From NCBI GenBank assembly GCA_963776245.1, contig CAVZLN010000003.1:320001-384000 (forward strand): 64,000 nt of DNA. Direction: 5' to 3'. A model generated the notes under the pieces. The model searched no databases. It was not told the DNA's origin and saw nothing but the letters and a program-made list of their open reading frames with translations. A program made the position numbers and the translations under genes. The DNA comes from Candidatus Eiseniibacteriota bacterium. Its GTDB lineage: Bacteria > Eisenbacteria > RBG-16-71-46. Below are positions 60,743 through 64,000 of the stretch, piece after piece. How positions within the stretch are numbered: position 1 is the stretch's first letter; each line of letters opens with the position of its first letter.

Positions 60743-62809
60743 TCACCAGATCTCGATGCGGTCCGCTCGCACCATCGCGTCCCCCGGCGCGCACCCGAAC
60801 GCCTGGCGGAACTCCACCATGTTCGAGAGCGGGCCGTTGACGCGCCAGTACGCGGTCGAGTGCGGATCGCTGAGCGCCGCCATGCGCATCATCTCGGGGC
60901 GGTACTTGCGCCGCCAGGCCTGGGCGTAACCGAGGAAGAAGCGCTGTTCGCCGGTCCAGCCGCCGATCACCGGCGCCGGCTTGCCCTTGAGCGAGATCCG
61001 CCACGCGTGATACGCGACCGTGAGGCCACCGAGGTCGGCGATGTTCTCCCCGAGGGTGAGCTTGCCGTTCAGGTGGAGCGTGTCCACCGCGACGTATCCG
61101 TCGTACTGGCGCACCACCTTCTCGGCCAGCGCGTCGAAGTGCTTGGAGTCCTCGGGGGTCCACCAGTCCTCGAGATTGCCCGCGGCGTCGTACTGGCGCC
61201 CCTCGTCGTCGAATCCGTGGGTGAGCTCGTGCCCGATGACCATCCCGATGGCGCCGTAGTTGACGGCATCGTCCACGCGCGGATCGAACTGGGGCGGCAT
61301 CAGGATGCCGGCCGGGAAGACGATCTCGTTGAAGGTCGGGTTGTAGTAGGCGTTCACCGTGGGCGGGCTCATGCCCCAGATCGTCCGGTCCACCGGCTTG
61401 CCGATATACGACAGTTCCCAGCGCCGCTGGAATTCCGTCGCGCGCAGGAGATTATCGGTCGCCGGCAGCGCCGGGTCGATGGCGAGCTTCGAGTAGTCGC
61501 GCCACTTGTCGGGGTAGCCGATCTTCTTGAGGACGGCGTCCAGCTTGTGCCGTGCCTGCCGCTGGGTGGTCGCGCTCATCCACGGTCGCGTCGCGATGCG
61601 TTCGCGCAGCGCCGCCTGCAGATTGTCCACCAGCTCCACCATGCGCGCCTTCGACGATGCCGGGAAGTTCTCCTCGACGAACGCCTTGCCGAGCGCCTCG
61701 CCCATGGTCCCGTCGACCGCCTGCGCGGCACGCTTCCAGCGCGGCTGGGGCACCTTCGAGCCGGTGAGCTTCGACTGGAACGCGAACGACTCGTCGAAGA
61801 ATGCCTGGCCCATCCAGCCGGCCCGTCCGCGCGCGTAGTGCCACTGGAGGTAGGCGCGCCACGTCTCCATCGGCGTGTTTTCGAGCAACGCGCCGAGGCG
61901 GCGCATGAAGCCCGGCATCGAGACGTCGAGCGAGGCCGTGGCGCTCGCCAGCGGCTTCACGCCGGTCTCGGCGAAGTACGCGGGCCAGTCGAAACCCGGC
62001 ACCAGCGTCCCGAGCTGGCCCACCGTCATCTTGTGATAGAGCGCCTTCGGGTCCCGCATCTGGACCGCGCTCAGCGAAGACTCGGCGAGTGCCGTCTCGA
62101 GCTTCATCACCGCGTCGGCCTTCGTAGCCGCCGCGTCGGGCGCGTCCCCGAGCAGCTGGAACATGCGGCCCATGAACGCCACGTAGTCCGCGCGCATCTG
62201 GGTGGACTTCTCGTCGGTGCGGAAGTAGTAGTCCCGGTCCGGCAGCCCGAGCCCGCCCTGCGTGACCTGGCCTATGGTCATGCTGCTCTGCCGGGGATCG
62301 GCCTCCGGCCCGAAGCGGAACGGCAACCCGCCGCCTCCCCACCGGCCGGCACCCACACCGATCACCGCCGCGTGCGCGAACTCCCGGCGCAGGTCCTCCC
62401 GGGTCTTCAGCGCGGCGATCCGCGCCAGCGTACCGGCCAGCGGGGCCGCGCCCTCGCGGTCCGCGCGTGCCGAGTCCATGAGGACGGCATAGAGCTGCCC
62501 GAGCTTCCGGATGGTCGGGTCCGGCTCGGTGCCGGCGCCGGCGCGGGTGCGCTCGAGCACCGAGTGGAGCGCCTCCTGGTTGCGGTCGGCCATCTCGCGG
62601 CTGGCGCCGATGCCCGAGTACGACGCCGGGATCTCGGCAGTCGCGAACCAGGCGCCGTTGGCGAACTGGAAGAAGTCGCGACACGGCGCGCACGTCGTGT
62701 CCATGAACGCGCGATTCGGACTGGGCGTGGGCAGCGTGTCGGCCGCGGCCAGCGCGGGAAGCGCGAGCGCGGCGAGCACGAGCGTGACGACGGACGTCCT
62801 GCGGAGCAT
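60743..62809 (-). CDS. Secreted M13-family metallopeptidase (PepO/neprilysin-like)
   Basis: 'PCRDFFQFANG.W', 'LGLPDRDYY', 'KIGYPDKW', 'VNAYY', 'GHELTHGFDD', 'GENIAD', 'DPHS'. Start ATG 62809. Confidence 0.95.
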   Translation of the reverse strand: MLRRTSVVTLVLAALALPALAAADTLPTPSPNRAFMDTTCAPCRDFFQFANGAWFATAEIPASYSGIGASREMADRNQEALHSVLERTRAGAGTEPDPTIRKLGQLYAVLMDSARADREGAAPLAGTLARIAALKTREDLRREFAHAAVIGVGAGRWGGGGLPFRFGPEADPRQSSMTIGQVTQGGLGLPDRDYYFRTDEKSTQMRADYVAFMGRMFQLLGDAPDAAATKADAVMKLETALAESSLSAVQMRDPKALYHKMTVGQLGTLVPGFDWPAYFAETGVKPLASATASLDVSMPGFMRRLGALLENTPMETWRAYLQWHYARGRAGWMGQAFFDESFAFQSKLTGSKVPQPRWKRAAQAVDGTMGEALGKAFVEENFPASSKARMVELVDNLQAALRERIATRPWMSATTQRQARHKLDAVLKKIGYPDKWRDYSKLAIDPALPATDNLLRATEFQRRWELSYIGKPVDRTIWGMSPPTVNAYYNPTFNEIVFPAGILMPPQFDPRVDDAVNYGAIGMVIGHELTHGFDDEGRQYDAAGNLEDWWTPEDSKHFDALAEKVVRQYDGYVAVDTLHLNGKLTLGENIADLGGLTVAYHAWRISLKGKPAPVIGGWTGEQRFFLGYAQAWRRKYRPEMMRMAALSDPHSTAYWRVNGPLSNMVEFRQAFGCAPGDAMVRADRIEIW

Positions 62810-63009
62810 GCGGGGTTCCTCGGATGGGGTGGATGGGATGGGGTCGCGCCTGCACCCTAGGTGGCCCGCGCTCCGTCCGCCGTGCGTCGCCGGACGAGCG
62901 CGGAGAAAGCGCGGACGAGAGGGCACCCGGGACCTCCGGCGCGGAGGCCGGGCGGTCCCGATGAGAAGCGCTCGGGCGGCAGGGCGACCTGCCGCCCGTC
63001 GATGCTCCG

Positions 63010-63810
63010 CTAACGCCCGTCGCCGTCGAGCAGGTTGCCGAGGCCCCCGAGGATCGAGCCCTCCTCGCGTCGGCGTCCGCCGGTCTGCGGCGCGGCGGCG
63101 TAGATCCGGCTGGCGAGACGGCTGAACGGCAGCGACTGCAGCCACACCTTGCCCGGCCCGCGCACCGTGGCGAAGAACAGCCCCTCGCCGCCGAACAGCG
63201 CGGTCTTGACCCCGCCGACCATCTGGATGTCGTACGCCACACTCGGCACCATGCCCACCAGACACCCGGTGTCGACCCGCAGGGTCTCGCCGGCCGCGAG
63301 CGTGCGTTCCTCGAGCATGCCGCCCGCATGCACGAACACCCAGCCATCGCCGGTCAGGCGCTGCAGGATGAAGCCCTCGCCGCCGAACAGCCCGGCGCCG
63401 AAGCGCTTGGTGAACGCGATGTCGAGGCTCACGCCCTTGGCAGCGCACAGGAACGAGTCCTTCTGGCACAGCAGCTCGCCGCCGATCTCGGCCAGGTGCA
63501 CCGGCATGATGCGGCCGGGGTAAGGCGCCGCGAACGCCACCTTGCGTCGCTGCTGCGATTCGTTGTGGAACACGCTGGTGAACAGGGACTCGCCGGTGAG
63601 GAGCCGTTTGCCCGCGCCGAGCAGCGCGCCCATGAAGCCCTTTTGCTGGCCCGAGCCATCGCCGAAGACGGTGTCGATCTGGATCCCGTCCTCGATGTAC
63701 ATCATCATCCCCGCCTCGGCGACCGCGGCCTCGCCCGGATCGAGCTCGAGCTTCACGAATTGAAGGTCCTCGCCGACGATCTCGTAGTCCACCTCGTGCA
63801 TCTGGGCCAT
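63010..63810 (-). CDS. AIM24/TIGR00266-family protein
   Basis: 'AEAGMM', 'TGESLF', 'AAPYPG.I', 'QKDSFLC', 'FGGEGF', '[11 protein letters not shown]'. Confidence 0.88.
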   Translation of the reverse strand: MAQMHEVDYEIVGEDLQFVKLELDPGEAAVAEAGMMMYIEDGIQIDTVFGDGSGQQKGFMGALLGAGKRLLTGESLFTSVFHNESQQRRKVAFAAPYPGRIMPVHLAEIGGELLCQKDSFLCAAKGVSLDIAFTKRFGAGLFGGEGFILQRLTGDGWVFVHAGGMLEERTLAAGETLRVDTGCLVGMVPSVAYDIQMVGGVKTALFGGEGLFFATVRGPGKVWLQSLPFSRLASRIYAAAPQTGGRRREEGSILGGLGNLLDGDGR

Positions 63811-64000
63811 CGGGGTCTCCTGGTGGGGGTGATGCCGGTCCTGGCGGGTGCCGGGGACGGGCGCCCATGCCCGGCGCCGGCCTGATACGCCGGCCGCGAC
63901 CGGCAGGTTGCCCGCCGCACCGGGTGCGAGGCGGGCGCTCGGCGCCCCGCATCGGCGCCCGGATGCGGCCGCCGGTCCGGACTGCTAGCCTGCCACCGGC

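Overview
High-GC window from a diderm bacterium. It has a FadL beta-barrel, a TonB domain, lipoproteins, secreted proteins with FlgD/T9SS-like C-terminal domains and futalosine-pathway genes. This content suggests an FCB-related candidate lineage such as Ca. Eisenbacteria, which is inference only. The first 43 kb is mostly housekeeping and metabolism: cdaA, a TM0106-type nuclease, tRNA-CAT, tilS-hpt-ftsH, a fatty-acid uptake/beta-oxidation cluster with many probable assembly indels, DUF885, a Zn-ribbon/cold-shock fusion, mrfA-methyltransferase-mrfB, an uncharacterised envelope operon, nnr, trxA, hflX, mqnD and mqnC. The main finding is at about 42.4-56.3 kb. A sigma54-type promoter with tandem enhancer-like palindromes precedes a minus-strand operon. 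It encodes an NHL beta-propeller, a compact hexaheme cytochrome with the OmcS nanowire motif skeleton, a ~10-heme cytochrome, a beta-barrel, two CsgG-like lipoproteins, a small periplasmic protein and a 42-heme cytochrome. A stand-alone ccmF lies divergently. Together this looks like a cytochrome-nanowire/extracellular electron transfer system in an apparently non-Geobacter genome. The window ends with a secreted MBL-fold hydrolase, glgB, an M13 peptidase and an AIM24-family gene. All calls come from motif reading; no database search was run.
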